From: Candidatus Kuenenia stuttgartensis
GTDB lineage: Bacteria > Planctomycetota > Phycisphaerae > Sedimentisphaerales > CAMDDF01
Direction of reading: 5' to 3'
Length of the DNA stretch: 48,168 nt
NCBI GenBank assembly: GCA_945890885.1
Contig: CAMDDF010000003.1
Span: 1 to 48,168, forward strand
In this document: piece by piece, positions 1 through 9,827 of the stretch
Layout: each line of letters opens with the position of its first letter
Position numbering within the stretch: the stretch's first letter is position 1
Program-made: the position numbers and the translations under genes
The notes under the pieces: model-generated
Told to the model about the DNA's origin: nothing
The model's database searches: none
The model's input: the letters and a program-made list of their open reading frames with translations, nothing else

Positions 1-16
1 CCATAAACGTCTTCAT
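1..16 (-). CDS. rplM: 5' end of a gene running off the window (MKTFM...), probably 50S ribosomal protein L13
   Basis: ATG at 16 reads M-K-T-F-M, a typical L13 N-terminus. It has a GGAG RBS and a consensus promoter upstream. Only 5 codons are visible. Confidence 0.5.
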
Positions 17-55
17 AAACTGATATTCTCCAGACTATATTTCGCAAAGCACCAC

Positions 56-83
56 ATTATAGCAACCAAGCCGCCGCTGTCAA
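56..83 (-). promoter_or_regulatory. Strong sigma70 promoter
   Basis: Minus strand reads TTGACA-16 nt-TATAAT with a TGn extended -10. Confidence 0.8.
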
Positions 84-176
84 GAGGCAAAACTCCAAAT
101 TTTCACACAAAAAGTCCGCCAATGCCCGTATTTACCTATTGCGGATGCCACAAGTCCATTTGCCCACAAAATCCAA

Positions 177-224
177 ATCCCTTTCTACAAATGAGGGATG
201 GTCATTCCTTTGACTAAAAACTCA
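177..224 (-). repeat. Hairpin plus conserved tail downstream of ackA (second copy at 2683-2732)
   Basis: ATCCCT..AGGGAT hairpin followed by GGTCATTCCTTTGACTAAAAACTCA, nearly identical to the sequence after clpC. Confidence 0.55.
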
Positions 225-277
225 GACTAACAATCCTGTCAACTTAACACTAAAAACTAAAGACTAAAGACTGCTAT

Positions 278-1480
278 CTATCTGCCAGCCTTAGATTTTA
301 TTATCTCATAAGTATCCTGAGCAATGACAAGTTCCTCATTTGTCGGAATCATCATAGCATAAACTTTCGAATTAGCGGTAGAGAAAATCTTCTCGCCTGC
401 ATTATTCTTTACTACATCGACTTCTGCTCCGATAAATGCAAAATGCGAAATCACCTTTTCTCTCAGCCAGGGATTATACTCCCCTATCCCGGCGGTAAAT
501 ACTATCGCATCAACGCCTTTCATCGCAGCAACATATGAGCCTACATACTTCATTATACGGTAAGCAAAAACATCTACCGCAACTTTAGCGCTTTCATCAT
601 CAACCGCCAGTGCAGCCAGAATATCACGCATATCGCTATGCCCGCAAAGACCAAGCAGCCCGCTCTTTTTATTGAGCAGATCATTGGTTTCCTGAAGTGA
701 AAGCCCCAGCGTTTCCATCAGGTACAGCACAACCGCCGGATCAATATCTCCGCATCGTGTCCCCATAACGATACCCTCAAGCGGCGTAAGCCCCATCGAA
801 GTATCAATTACCTTGCCGTATTCAAAAGCCGCAATTGAACCGCCGTTTCCGATATGACAGGTTATAATGCGAACCTTATCGAAAGGCTTATTCATAAGTA
901 TCGCAGCCTGTTTTGCGACATAGCCATGACTTGTGCCGTGAAAGCCGTATTTCCTTATGCCGTGCTTTTTATACAAATCTATCGGCAAACCATAAAGATA
1001 CGCCCTCTTAGGCATCGTCTGATGTATCGCAGTATCAAAAACCGCCACGTTAGGCGTATTCGGCAAAAGCGACTGAGACACCTGAATACCGGTAATATTC
1101 GGCGGATTATGCAACGGTGCCAGAATACTGTTTTCCTGAATGGCCTTGAGTACTGGCTCGGTTATAAGTGTGGATTTATGGAATTTTTCACCACCGTGAA
1201 CGACACGATGGCCAACGCCGTCAATCTCGTCAATATTTTTAATCACGCCGTAAACAGGGTTCGTCAGCGCCTTTTCGACAGCGATCATCGCCTGCTTATG
1301 ATCCTTGATTTCACCCTCGATTATGACTTTATCTTTACCAGCCGGGCTATGCTGAACCACCGAACCGGAGATTCCGATTCTTTCTACAAGCCCCTTGGCC
1401 AATATATGATAATCTTTATTTATTTCAAAAAGCTGATACTTGATACTGCTTGAGCCGCAATTGATAACTAAAATTTTCAT
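278..1480 (-). CDS. ackA: Acetate kinase
   Basis: MKILVINCGSSSIK, GHRVVHGG, APLHNP, YGFHGTSH, PTNEEL motifs; adjacent to pta. Confidence 0.97.
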   Translation of the reverse strand: MKILVINCGSSSIKYQLFEINKDYHILAKGLVERIGISGSVVQHSPAGKDKVIIEGEIKDHKQAMIAVEKALTNPVYGVIKNIDEIDGVGHRVVHGGEKFHKSTLITEPVLKAIQENSILAPLHNPPNITGIQVSQSLLPNTPNVAVFDTAIHQTMPKRAYLYGLPIDLYKKHGIRKYGFHGTSHGYVAKQAAILMNKPFDKVRIITCHIGNGGSIAAFEYGKVIDTSMGLTPLEGIVMGTRCGDIDPAVVLYLMETLGLSLQETNDLLNKKSGLLGLCGHSDMRDILAALAVDDESAKVAVDVFAYRIMKYVGSYVAAMKGVDAIVFTAGIGEYNPWLREKVISHFAFIGAEVDVVKNNAGEKIFSTANSKVYAMMIPTNEELVIAQDTYEIIKSKAGR

Positions 1481-1490
1481 TTTTTTCTTC

Positions 1491-2492
1491 TTACATCGCT
1501 TGAATTGAGGTTATTGCTATAGTTGCCACAATGTCGTCAGCCGAACAGCCGCGACTTAAATCGTTCACCGGCTTGCTAAGTCCCTGCAAAATAGGACCAT
1601 AAGCATCATATCCGCCGAGCCGTTCGGTAATTTTATACGCCAGATTTCCCGCACCAAGGTCAGGGAAGATAAACACATTTGCCTTACCCTCCACTGGCGA
1701 GCCTGGGGCCTTCTTAGCCGCGATAGCAGGCACATAGGCCGCATCGAACTGTAATTCGCCATCAACAGGCACTTTGCCAACGCCATAAATCTGGTCAAGT
1801 TTTTCTCTGGCAGACAATGCGACACCAGCCATCATCTTAGTCTTTTCTGAAACCGCTGAACCCTTTGTCGAATACGACAAAACTGCCACCCTTGGCTGGA
1901 AATCAAACTGAAAACCGGTTTTTACCGTTGAAAGCACAATATCAACAAGCTGTTCCGGCGTGGGGTATTCATTCAACCCGCAATCCGAAAACAATAGTGT
2001 CTGCTCACCTTTGGACATAAAGAACATACTCGATACCGTCTTTAGCCCAGGTGCCGCTTTGACAATCTGCAGCGCCGGCCTTACAGTATCCGGCGTAGAA
2101 TGTACCGCCCCTGACACAAGACCATCACAATCGCCGCCCTTTAGCATCATATTTCCGAAATACATAACGTCTTTGACCGTTGCAAGGGCTTGATCTTCCG
2201 TTATGCCCTTACTTTTCCGTAAATTAAAAAACTGCTCAGCGTAGGCTTGCAGTTTCTCGGATTTAACAGGGTCAATTACTTTAATCTCTTTGAGATTGGC
2301 TCCGGCGGCTTTTAGAGCGGACGTTATCTTGTCCGCATTGCCGAGCATCGTAATTTTCGCGAGTTTCATTTCAGTCGCGATTTGGGCAGCGGCAATCATT
2401 CGCGGGTCGTCGCCTTCAGGCAATACGATGTGCTTGACGTTTGAAGCCGCTTTTTTAAGAATTTTCTGCAAAAAAGGTTTTGTTGTATCCAT
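1491..2492 (-). CDS. pta: Phosphate acetyltransferase
   Basis: IVLPEG, DGELQFDAA, GNLAYK, GPILQGLSKPVNDLSRGC. Confidence 0.96.
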   Translation of the reverse strand: MDTTKPFLQKILKKAASNVKHIVLPEGDDPRMIAAAQIATEMKLAKITMLGNADKITSALKAAGANLKEIKVIDPVKSEKLQAYAEQFFNLRKSKGITEDQALATVKDVMYFGNMMLKGGDCDGLVSGAVHSTPDTVRPALQIVKAAPGLKTVSSMFFMSKGEQTLLFSDCGLNEYPTPEQLVDIVLSTVKTGFQFDFQPRVAVLSYSTKGSAVSEKTKMMAGVALSAREKLDQIYGVGKVPVDGELQFDAAYVPAIAAKKAPGSPVEGKANVFIFPDLGAGNLAYKITERLGGYDAYGPILQGLSKPVNDLSRGCSADDIVATIAITSIQAM

Positions 2493-2678
2493 AATTCATA
2501 CCTAAAAACAATATTAGCGTTATCCTTATATCAACTATAATAGCGTATATTATATTGAAAGACTTTGCTGCGCCAAGGGGGTAACCAAAGATTGTTAAAA
2601 AATTCACAAAAAAGAATAAAATAAAACCAAAAAAGAGTAAATCAAGCGGGGAACGCAAGCGACACAAACAAATTACTG

Positions 2679-2707
2679 AAAACTCCCCTCCTGCAAAGAA
2701 GGGGAGT
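2679..2707 (-). terminator. Putative intrinsic terminator of clpC
   Basis: ACTCCCCT..AGGGGAGT stem followed by a short U tract on the minus strand, just after the clpC stop. Confidence 0.55.
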
Positions 2708-2734
2708 GGTTATTCTTTTGACTAAAAACTCAAC

Positions 2735-5257
2735 TTATTCTTTTGCATCAGAATTAGTCGCTACCGGCTGTTCCGTATTTTCCTGCACCGGCCCATCGAC
2801 AGAATCAAATTTCAGATGGTCTTCGTCTTTGACATCGATCCTTATGCACTTCGTATCCTTGAATGCTCCTCGAAGTATAGATTCGCTAATCGGGTCTTCG
2901 ACGTAATGCTCAATCGCCCTTCTCAGCGGCCTTGCTCCATATTCGGAGTTATAACCCTTATCGATGAGGAATTCTTTTGCCGCCTGAGACACATCCAGCT
3001 TCAAGCCATGCTCAGTGAGCCGTTTGAATACCTTATTAAGCTCAAGCTCAACAACATGCGTAAGGTCATCCTTCGTCAATGGATGGAACACGATTGTATC
3101 ATCAAGCCTGTTAAGGAACTCTGGCCTGAAGAATCTTTCGACTTCCTTATTAAGAAGCTCTTTCATTTTATCGTAATTCGCTTCAGCGGTTTTCTTACCA
3201 AAGCCAAAGCCCGACTGATTCTTAATCAGGTCTGCGCCGATATTACTTGTCATTATCAGCACGACATTTTTGAAATCGACGTGCCTGCCGAAATTGTCAG
3301 TCAGCCTGCCTTCTTCCATTATTTGCAGCAGCATATTATAAACATCGGAATGCGCCTTTTCGATTTCGTCGAGCAGCAGAACCGCATAAGGCCTTCTTCT
3401 GATTCGCTCGGTAAGCTGGCCGCCTTCTTCGTAGCCGACATATCCTGGAGGTGCGCCGACAAGTCTGCTGACGTTATGTTTCTCCATATATTCGCTCATA
3501 TCGATTTGTATCAGAGCATCTTCATCGCCGAACATAAACTCAGCAAGAGATTTCGCAAGCAATGTTTTACCTACGCCGCTTGGCCCGATGAATATAAAGC
3601 TTCCCATTGGCCTGTTGGGGTCTTTAAGACCGCTTCGGCTTCTTCGCACAGATTTGGCGATAGCGTTAATCGCTTCGTCCTGAGAAATAACACGTTTGTG
3701 AAGTTCAGCCTCAAGCTCAAGAAGACGCTGGGCCTCTTTCTTTTCAATTCGCGTCAAAGGCACGCCGGTCATTTTGCTGACTACCTCAGCGATAATTTCA
3801 GCATCGACCTTGCCTGCTGTTTCCTTATTTTCATCATACCATTTTTTCTGCGATTCGTTTTTCTTATCCAGAAGCTGCTGTGCCTGATCTCTCAGCGAAG
3901 CCGCTGTTTCATAATCAGCATTGCGCACTGCTTCATCTTTGTCACGCTGAAGCTTTTCGATTTCTTCTTCGATTTTTGTCAGATCCGGCGGCTGCACCAT
4001 ATTTTTCAGGCGAACACGCGCACCTGCTTCGTCGATTACGTCAATAGCTTTGTCAGGCAAACACCTGCCCGTTATATATCTCGTCGAAAGCTCAACTGCC
4101 TGATACAGCGATTCGTCTGTGTATTTGACCTTATGGTGGTCCTCATATTTATCTCTCAAGCCTTTGAGAATTGCCAGAGTTTCATCCTTTGACGGCGGCT
4201 CAACAATAATCGTCTGGAAACGCCTTTCAAGTGCGGCATCCTTTTCGATATATTTTCTGTATTCATCCATAGTTGTAGCACCGATGCACTGTACCTCGCC
4301 TCTTGCAAGAGCAGGCTTCAACACATTCGAAGCATCAATAGCACCTTCTGCACCACCGGCACCAACAAGCGTATGAAGCTCGTCGATAAAAAGTATCACA
4401 TTGGCAGCACGCCTTACTTCATTGATAACCGCTTTGATTCGTTCTTCAAACTGGCCGCGATATTTTGTGCCGGCAACCATCAACGCAAGGTCAAGCACAA
4501 CAAGCCGCCTGTCTTTCAAAATCTCAGGCACCTGCTTGTTGATAATCATCTGAGCCATCCCCTCGACAATTGCGGTTTTACCTACGCCCGCTTCGCCGAT
4601 AAGGACAGGATTATTTTTTGTTCTTCTGCAAAGGATTTGTATCAGACGTTCTATCTCGTCGGCCCTTCCGATAACAGGGTCAAGTTCATTCTGGGTCGCA
4701 AGCTCGGTAAGGTCTCTTCCGAAACTATCGAGAGCTGGAGTTTTGCTTTTGCCCTTGGCCGCCTGTGCCGCTGCCTGAGGGTCCAGTTTCTGGCCGAAAC
4801 TTGAGAAAGAATTATCGACCCCCGCTCCAAGCAGGTTCAGCACTTCCTGACGAACATTTTCAAGTTTCAAGCCAAGATTCATAAGCACCTGTGCCGCAAC
4901 TCCCTCGGTTTCACGAAGAAGCCCAAGAAGTATATGCTCAGTGCCGACGTAGTTATGGTTTAGCGAACGAGCTTCCTCTATCGCATATTCTATGACTTTT
5001 TTGGCTCGCGGTGTCTGCGGAAGTTTGCCCATAGTAACCATATCCGGGCCGCTTTTTACAAGCTTTTCAACTTCAAGGCGGAGCTTTTTAATGTCCACAT
5101 CAAGATTTTTCAGAACATTAGCTGCAACGCCGCTGCCCTCTTTGACGAGCCCAAGCAGGATATGTTCGGTTCCGATATATTCATGATTGAACCGCTGGGC
5201 CTCCTGATTAGCTAAGGCCATTACTTTTCTTGCACGGTCTGTGAAACGCTCAAACAT
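2735..5257 (-). CDS. clpC: ATP-dependent Clp protease ATP-binding subunit ClpC
   Basis: [12 protein letters not shown] start (ORF track begins at 5326), two Clp-N repeats, Walker A motifs GEAGVGKT and GPSGVGKT, short UVR-type M domain, GFGF ClpP-binding loop. Confidence 0.95.
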   Translation of the reverse strand: MFERFTDRARKVMALANQEAQRFNHEYIGTEHILLGLVKEGSGVAANVLKNLDVDIKKLRLEVEKLVKSGPDMVTMGKLPQTPRAKKVIEYAIEEARSLNHNYVGTEHILLGLLRETEGVAAQVLMNLGLKLENVRQEVLNLLGAGVDNSFSSFGQKLDPQAAAQAAKGKSKTPALDSFGRDLTELATQNELDPVIGRADEIERLIQILCRRTKNNPVLIGEAGVGKTAIVEGMAQMIINKQVPEILKDRRLVVLDLALMVAGTKYRGQFEERIKAVINEVRRAANVILFIDELHTLVGAGGAEGAIDASNVLKPALARGEVQCIGATTMDEYRKYIEKDAALERRFQTIIVEPPSKDETLAILKGLRDKYEDHHKVKYTDESLYQAVELSTRYITGRCLPDKAIDVIDEAGARVRLKNMVQPPDLTKIEEEIEKLQRDKDEAVRNADYETAASLRDQAQQLLDKKNESQKKWYDENKETAGKVDAEIIAEVVSKMTGVPLTRIEKKEAQRLLELEAELHKRVISQDEAINAIAKSVRRSRSGLKDPNRPMGSFIFIGPSGVGKTLLAKSLAEFMFGDEDALIQIDMSEYMEKHNVSRLVGAPPGYVGYEEGGQLTERIRRRPYAVLLLDEIEKAHSDVYNMLLQIMEEGRLTDNFGRHVDFKNVVLIMTSNIGADLIKNQSGFGFGKKTAEANYDKMKELLNKEVERFFRPEFLNRLDDTIVFHPLTKDDLTHVVELELNKVFKRLTEHGLKLDVSQAAKEFLIDKGYNSEYGARPLRRAIEHYVEDPISESILRGAFKDTKCIRIDVKDEDHLKFDSVDGPVQENTEQPVATNSDAKE

Positions 5258-5473
5258 ATTAGCCTCTTGATTTTCTGAATTATTATCATTCATCATTTTA
5301 ACAATAACTGTCGTTTTGTCAACCAAAGCCCAATGAAACAGCTTCTTTAACTTGATACATTCCTGCTTTATCTTTGTTCACGCCGATAGGGCCGCAATAA
5401 ATCAGCCACAAAACTTATCGACATTTTTTCGACCGGGCTTTGGATGATTTTAACAAAAGATTTGTAAAATAAT

Positions 5474-5502
5474 AAAAAAGGCACCCCAAATTCAGGGTGC
5501 CT
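5474..5502 (-). terminator. Intrinsic terminator
   Basis: GGCACCC/GGGTGCC stem plus U6 on the minus strand, downstream of the 5535-5795 gene. Confidence 0.8.
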
Positions 5503-5534
5503 CGTGCAAAAATTGCTAAAATGTGGATAGAAAT

Positions 5535-5795
5535 CTACTTTTGGTCTCCTTCAATAAGAGTTTTAAGATGAGCATTTTCCCTTTTCGTGGCTTCAAGGTC
5601 AAAAAGAAGGTATTTGATACTCACCCGCAGATAATCCAGCGATTCCTGCAAGTTATCAACGCTTTTTTTGAGCTTTTTATGGTAGAGATTCGTCTGATGT
5701 GCCAATGTTTCCAGTTTTAATTTCTGACTCGGCGGTACCTCACCAATCTCTTTAACCAGTTCATGAAGCTTGTTTTCAAAATAATTTTCATCCAT
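5535..5795 (-). CDS. Small conserved coiled-coil hypothetical protein
   Basis: Likely start at MDENYF. Helical heptad pattern with a C-terminal YLLFDLEATKREN motif; has its own promoter and terminator. Confidence 0.8.
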   Translation of the reverse strand: MDENYFENKLHELVKEIGEVPPSQKLKLETLAHQTNLYHKKLKKSVDNLQESLDYLRVSIKYLLFDLEATKRENAHLKTLIEGDQK

Positions 5796-5858
5796 AGCCA
5801 TCACCCTTAACAAAATTAAATATTAAATCCCCAACTGGGCCATATGCACTTCTTTAAA

Positions 5859-5874
5859 AGCAATATTTATGCCA
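5859..5874 (-). promoter_or_regulatory. sigma54 (-24/-12) promoter
   Basis: Minus strand TGGCATAAATATTGCT has exact GG-N10-GC spacing, ~65 bp upstream of the small gene. Confidence 0.7.
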
Positions 5875-6131
5875 GTTTTGCGGAATCCTCGTGATGGTAA
5901 GTTTTATCTGGGAAAAACCTCTCTAATTCCAACCCCAGCGAATAAAAATAGCTACCCAACGGTTGAAGCATATGTAGGGTTTATAAAAATATGTTCACAA
6001 AAAGCATCATTTACCCTCAAGAAAACCGAAACACTGACCACAAATACCGCCAAATAAAGAATTTACATTAATGTTGTTTTTACGAAACACATTTTTAAAA
6101 ATGAAAAAAATTAAAATTAATCAAAAAAAAA

Positions 6132-6157
6132 TGAAACAATTCCGATTTTTATCCGTC
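6132..6157 (+). promoter_or_regulatory. Putative ECF sigma promoter
   Basis: TGAAAC-16 nt-CGTC, matching SigW/SigM-type ECF architecture. Confidence 0.45.
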
Positions 6158-6224
6158 TTTTAATATATAGCGTTGATTTTAACAATTTAAGGTCTTAGAA
6201 TATCCTGAAATAGTATAAATTTTC

Positions 6225-6253
6225 TTGAATTTGCTCTTTGTTTTTTGTATAAT
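6225..6253 (+). promoter_or_regulatory. sigma70 promoter
   Basis: TTGAAT-17 nt-TATAAT just upstream of the GTG at 6271. Confidence 0.65.
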
Positions 6254-6270
6254 ACATCTGAGGTTTTAAA

Positions 6271-7158
6271 GTGAAATTATTTATTCAATTATTTTTGACA
6301 GTTTGTTTTGTTTTTGGTTTCGCAGGCAACTCGTTCGGGCAGATAAGTAATGGGTGCTTTGAACTGATGGATCCGTGTGAGATGATTTCCGATCCTTACT
6401 TAGATCCTCCTGTGTATATCAATCGCCCAACGATGTGGGATTGTGATAACTATGTCGCAGTACAATCGAACTTTATACCAGGCGTTCCGCCGCACACTGG
6501 GTCTGGTGGAGAGGCTAGTTGGCAATGGGTTTTTCCTGACAACAACGTAGTTCCGTACGAGGGTGAATATTTTGTTATTCTTTCGACAGGCGATATAAGG
6601 CCCGACACAACCTATTCAATGATGACTCAGGATGTAAATTTCGTAAAAGGGCAAACGGTAGAATTTTATTACTTCTTCGGCACCATGGACTACGTTCCTT
6701 TTGATGATTTTGCAACTGTTAAATTTCATGAAATCGATTCTAACGGTCTAATATTACATTCTCAAGAAGTATTAAATGTCTCGATTAGAGATATTACCAA
6801 TTACAATTGCACACCCGGCTGGGTTAAGCTTAGCTACTTCCTTGACCCAAATGACCCAAACAATTACAATCGAATCGAATTTTATGTACAAGACGTAGGC
6901 GATGCCGTCTATAATTCTTATTTCGCAATCGATGGCCTCAAACTGGGCTTTAAGCCCGAAACTGGCGATTTAAATGACGACTGGATGGTAGATTTTCAGG
7001 ATTTTGCAATTTTGGGCCAACACTGGAATCAGGACAGTAATGACCCTAATCTTCTCGGCTGGGCCGATTTTGACGACACTAATTCGGTTGATGTTAATGA
7101 TTTGATGATATTTAGCAGCTACTGGCTCGACGGCGAACCCAACATCTGCCCTCACTGA
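6271..7158 (+). CDS. Secreted protein with a beta-sandwich domain and C-terminal dockerin-like (duplicated EF-hand) module
   Basis: Signal peptide; NGCFE...VQDVGD..YNS..AID pattern; C-terminal GDLNDDWMVDFQDF and ADFDDTNSVDVNDL repeats. Confidence 0.8.
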   Translation: MKLFIQLFLTVCFVFGFAGNSFGQISNGCFELMDPCEMISDPYLDPPVYINRPTMWDCDNYVAVQSNFIPGVPPHTGSGGEASWQWVFPDNNVVPYEGEYFVILSTGDIRPDTTYSMMTQDVNFVKGQTVEFYYFFGTMDYVPFDDFATVKFHEIDSNGLILHSQEVLNVSIRDITNYNCTPGWVKLSYFLDPNDPNNYNRIEFYVQDVGDAVYNSYFAIDGLKLGFKPETGDLNDDWMVDFQDFAILGQHWNQDSNDPNLLGWADFDDTNSVDVNDLMIFSSYWLDGEPNICPH

Positions 7159-7293
7159 TTGTCATTGCCTGAAACCCGTTTTTCTTTTGAATACGGCGTT
7201 TTTCTTATTATATAATTGACGCACAGCCCCAAAAAAATTATCATTACACGCAGGCTTAGAGATTATAAGGATTTTTTTGAAAAGGGCTTACAA

Positions 7294-8289
7294 ATGGATT
7301 TCATCGAAGATCAGCAATCCTGGTGGCGTATTAAATGGCAATGGGCTTTCATCATCGTTGCACTTGCTGGCATCGCGGCGGGCCTGGTCGGCAAAATTGC
7401 CAGCCTTATCACCGCCCTTTCATCTGTTTCCGCTGCTCTGATTTTCATAAGCAAATCAGCGTTACTCATCAGCGGGATTCTTTTCGCTTTTGGAATTCTG
7501 GTGCTGGCGTACTCGATATGCCAGATGCTCCGAGAAAACACCGATAGGCTTGAGAACCTCGAAAACCTGTTTGGGGAACAGCAAAAGACCATAAAGAGTA
7601 TCGACCTTGGCGTTAGATTAAGTGAAACAGCCAAGCAGATTGCATATAGGGATGCCGACTGGCAGGGCCTTCGAGAGACCGTGCTGGAAAAGCTGCATAA
7701 GCACGATTTCGATTCTACCTATCAGTTGATTAGCGATATCGCCAGAAGAGATGATTACAGGGAACTTGCCAGCCAGCTTAAAAAAGAGGCTGACGGCTAT
7801 AAAAATGCGAATGAAGACGAAAGAGCCGCCCAGATAATTGGTTATATCGAAAAACTTATGGAACAGCATCACTGGGTCAAGGCCGCCGAGCAAATCGACA
7901 GGCTTGTCAATGCCTTTCCGAATTCGGACAAAGCAAAATCTATGTCAATGCTTCTCCGTGAGCGCAAAGATATGCGAAAAAAAGAACTGCTGGCCGAGTG
8001 GGACATGGCCGTCAAAAAACAGGAAACGGATAAAAGCCTTGCGATTCTGCATGAGCTTGATTTATATCTAACGCCAAGCGAAGGGCTTGCACTTCAGGAA
8101 TCCGCCAAAGATGCCTTTAGAAGTAAATTGCACAATCTCGGCGTACAGTTTTCTCTTGCGGTAGCGGATAAGCAGTGGAAAAAAGCTGTCGAAACCGGCC
8201 AGGAAATTATTCGCGGATTCCCCAACAGCAGAATGGCGGTGGAGATTCGTAACAAAATGGCTGTCCTTACAAATCTTGCTGAAAAATAG
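7294..8289 (+). CDS. Hypothetical membrane-anchored all-helical protein
   Basis: Likely start MDFIED (track begins at 7216); N-terminal hydrophobic helices followed by TPR-like helical segments. Confidence 0.8.
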   Translation: MDFIEDQQSWWRIKWQWAFIIVALAGIAAGLVGKIASLITALSSVSAALIFISKSALLISGILFAFGILVLAYSICQMLRENTDRLENLENLFGEQQKTIKSIDLGVRLSETAKQIAYRDADWQGLRETVLEKLHKHDFDSTYQLISDIARRDDYRELASQLKKEADGYKNANEDERAAQIIGYIEKLMEQHHWVKAAEQIDRLVNAFPNSDKAKSMSMLLRERKDMRKKELLAEWDMAVKKQETDKSLAILHELDLYLTPSEGLALQESAKDAFRSKLHNLGVQFSLAVADKQWKKAVETGQEIIRGFPNSRMAVEIRNKMAVLTNLAEK

Positions 8290-8506
8290 AAAATTCTTCC
8301 TCAGTATCTTTAAAGTACAATTTTATGCTATTTAACGGGTTTTTCCTGCTAAATAGCATTTTTTTTTGGAATGGTTTTGCAGGGTCGATTTTATTACTTA
8401 TATTTTCAGTGTAAGGAACAACGCTCTTTAAAAAAGTAAAAAAACGAACCACAAGAAGTTTTGGATTTTTAAAATTTTAATAATCTGGCTTAGGGGAGGC
8501 AATATC

Positions 8507-8656
8507 ATGAAAGATGGTGAGCCAAATCCGTTTTTTTTAGTTAATTTCTTTAGGTCATGCTTCAACGCACACGAAAGGGGCCCGCCGGGACGGAAAGGGA
8601 GAGACCTTTTTGTCCCGTATAACCCCGGCAGTAAAATGCGTGCTTATAGACTTTAA
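8507..8656 (+). CDS. Unannotated 49-aa small ORF containing RGPP
   Basis: GGGGAGG RBS 7 nt before the ATG; MKDGEPNPFFLVNFFRSCFNAHERGPPGRKGRDLFVPYNPGSKMRAYRL; terminator downstream. Confidence 0.45.
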   Translation: MKDGEPNPFFLVNFFRSCFNAHERGPPGRKGRDLFVPYNPGSKMRAYRL

Positions 8657-8741
8657 TAAGTCTGCACGAAAACAAAACACTGCTAAAAAAGACCTTATAA
8701 ATTAACAGCCAGAAAAAAAAATCCAAAGCGTATATACAATT

Positions 8742-8772
8742 AACCTCCGGATTAAACGCCGGAGGTTTTTTT
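8742..8772 (+). terminator. Intrinsic terminator
   Basis: AACCTCCGG-loop-CCGGAGGTT followed by a U tract. Confidence 0.8.
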
Positions 8773-8814
8773 GTGAGCACATTTTTTTAACCTACCGAAT
8801 GAATCGGATATGTA

Positions 8815-8953
8815 GGCGTATCAAACCCATCATCAACCCTGATTTATTTAGGTGGTTCATAATTAAAGCCGAGCAGCGGAAGCGATTGGACATTATGAAA
8901 GCGTGGAGCGCAAGCGACACGATAGAAGCCGAGTCGCGGAAGCGACCGGATAA
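8815..8953. repeat. REP-like family A, copy 1 (core GAAAGCGTGGAGCGCAAGCGACACGA)
   Basis: 8815-8922 recurs directly at 9172-9277; the core and the downstream GAAGCCGAGTCGCGGAAGCGACCGGATAA module recur inverted at 15873-15951. Confidence 0.85.
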
Positions 8954-8962
8954 TCCCCGATT

Positions 8963-8997
8963 TGTCATCCCGAGCGAGCATAGCGACGAGGGATCTC
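8963..8997. repeat. REP-like family B copy (TGTCATYCCGAGYGAGCRYAGCGACGAGGRATCTC)
   Basis: Other copies at 11952-11985, 12098-12131 (inverted) and 16051-16085 (inverted). Confidence 0.85.
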
Positions 8998-9093
8998 TTA
9001 CACTTTGCTTGTGCCTTATACTTTTGTTACTTTTTCCACCCCCTCCTTTGTATTATTCGTAAAAACAATATTCGGCAGGTTCATAATCAATAA

Positions 9094-9599
9094 AACGCCG
9101 AAGGCGTTCAACAACGATAGCCCCCAGTGCCACTGGGGGAAATAAATCAAGCCACACAACCCGACCCCTACGGCGCATCAAACCCATCACCAACCCTGAT
9201 TATTCGTGGGGTTCATAATTAAAACCAAGTCGCGAAGCGATTGGACATTATGAAAGCGTGGAGCGCAAGCGACACGACAAGCAAATTTCCAACCTGTCAG
9301 GAATTCCAAAACTCCAAAGGAGTCGTAGGGTGCACAACTTGTTTGCACACGCTGTCTTTTTCCGACAGGAATTCCAAAACTCCGAAGGAGTTCAATAACA
9401 ATAGCCCCCAGTAAAGAGCGAAGCGATGCAACTGGGGTAAAGAAATCCACCACCACACAACCCGACCCCAACGGGGTCGAACACTTATCCAATCCCCATT
9501 TTTATTCGACCCTGTAAGGGTCATATTGTTTTTGTCTGGCCCTTACCCCGAGTTTCGCTCCGCTCACACGGGGCTATCATATTAAACCGCTTCGCGGCT
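9094..9599. repeat. REP-like family C (three-hairpin units) interleaved with family A copy 2
   Basis: Units at 9094-9175 and 9378-9483 and an inverted unit at 9505-9599. Each has a GAA-loop hairpin, a TAGCCCC..GGGG hairpin and a GACCCC..GGGGTC hairpin (truncated in the first unit). Confidence 0.8.
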
Positions 9600-9827
9600 C
9601 TGCTTCACCCTTTTCAAATGGACGAAAAGGGTGCCACCCAGAATTATAGTTTATGAAATTTGAAAGAGGCCACCCGCCGATCTGGTTGAGTTAAAGTTCT
9701 AAAAAAACAAAATCTTATGTTGATCAAGGCTTGGGCAAAAAGAAACAGTTTATTGTTGAATCTCACATTTTACATAAACTGTTTTATTTCAACATAACTT
9801 TCATCAGGACAGTGAAGTAACTCCCTC

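Noticed and set aside
249-272. ACTAAA(A/G) heptamer run
   Set aside because: Only about three units; a common simple intergenic repeat with no associated gene here.
278-2492. pta-ackA plus the island ALDH as a bacterial microcompartment locus
   Set aside because: No BMC shell genes are in the window, and the ALDH looks non-acylating.
2816-4804. Long plus-strand ORFs (458, 85 and 143 aa)
   Set aside because: Antisense shadows of the highly conserved clpC, with no recognisable motifs.
5415-5442. sigma28-like promoter (CAAA-16-GTCGATAA) upstream of clpC
   Set aside because: Both boxes and the spacing deviate from the consensus; too weak to call.
8799-9524. ORFs 8799-9062, 9187-9492 and 9297-9524
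   Set aside because: They are translations of palindromic repeats (for example VIPSEHSDEGS) and lack protein-like features.
8815-9690. Possible CRISPR array or integron cassette array
   Set aside because: The repeats are heterogeneous, irregularly spaced and in both orientations. There is no repeat-spacer periodicity, no cas or integrase gene, and no clear attC R''/R' boxes.
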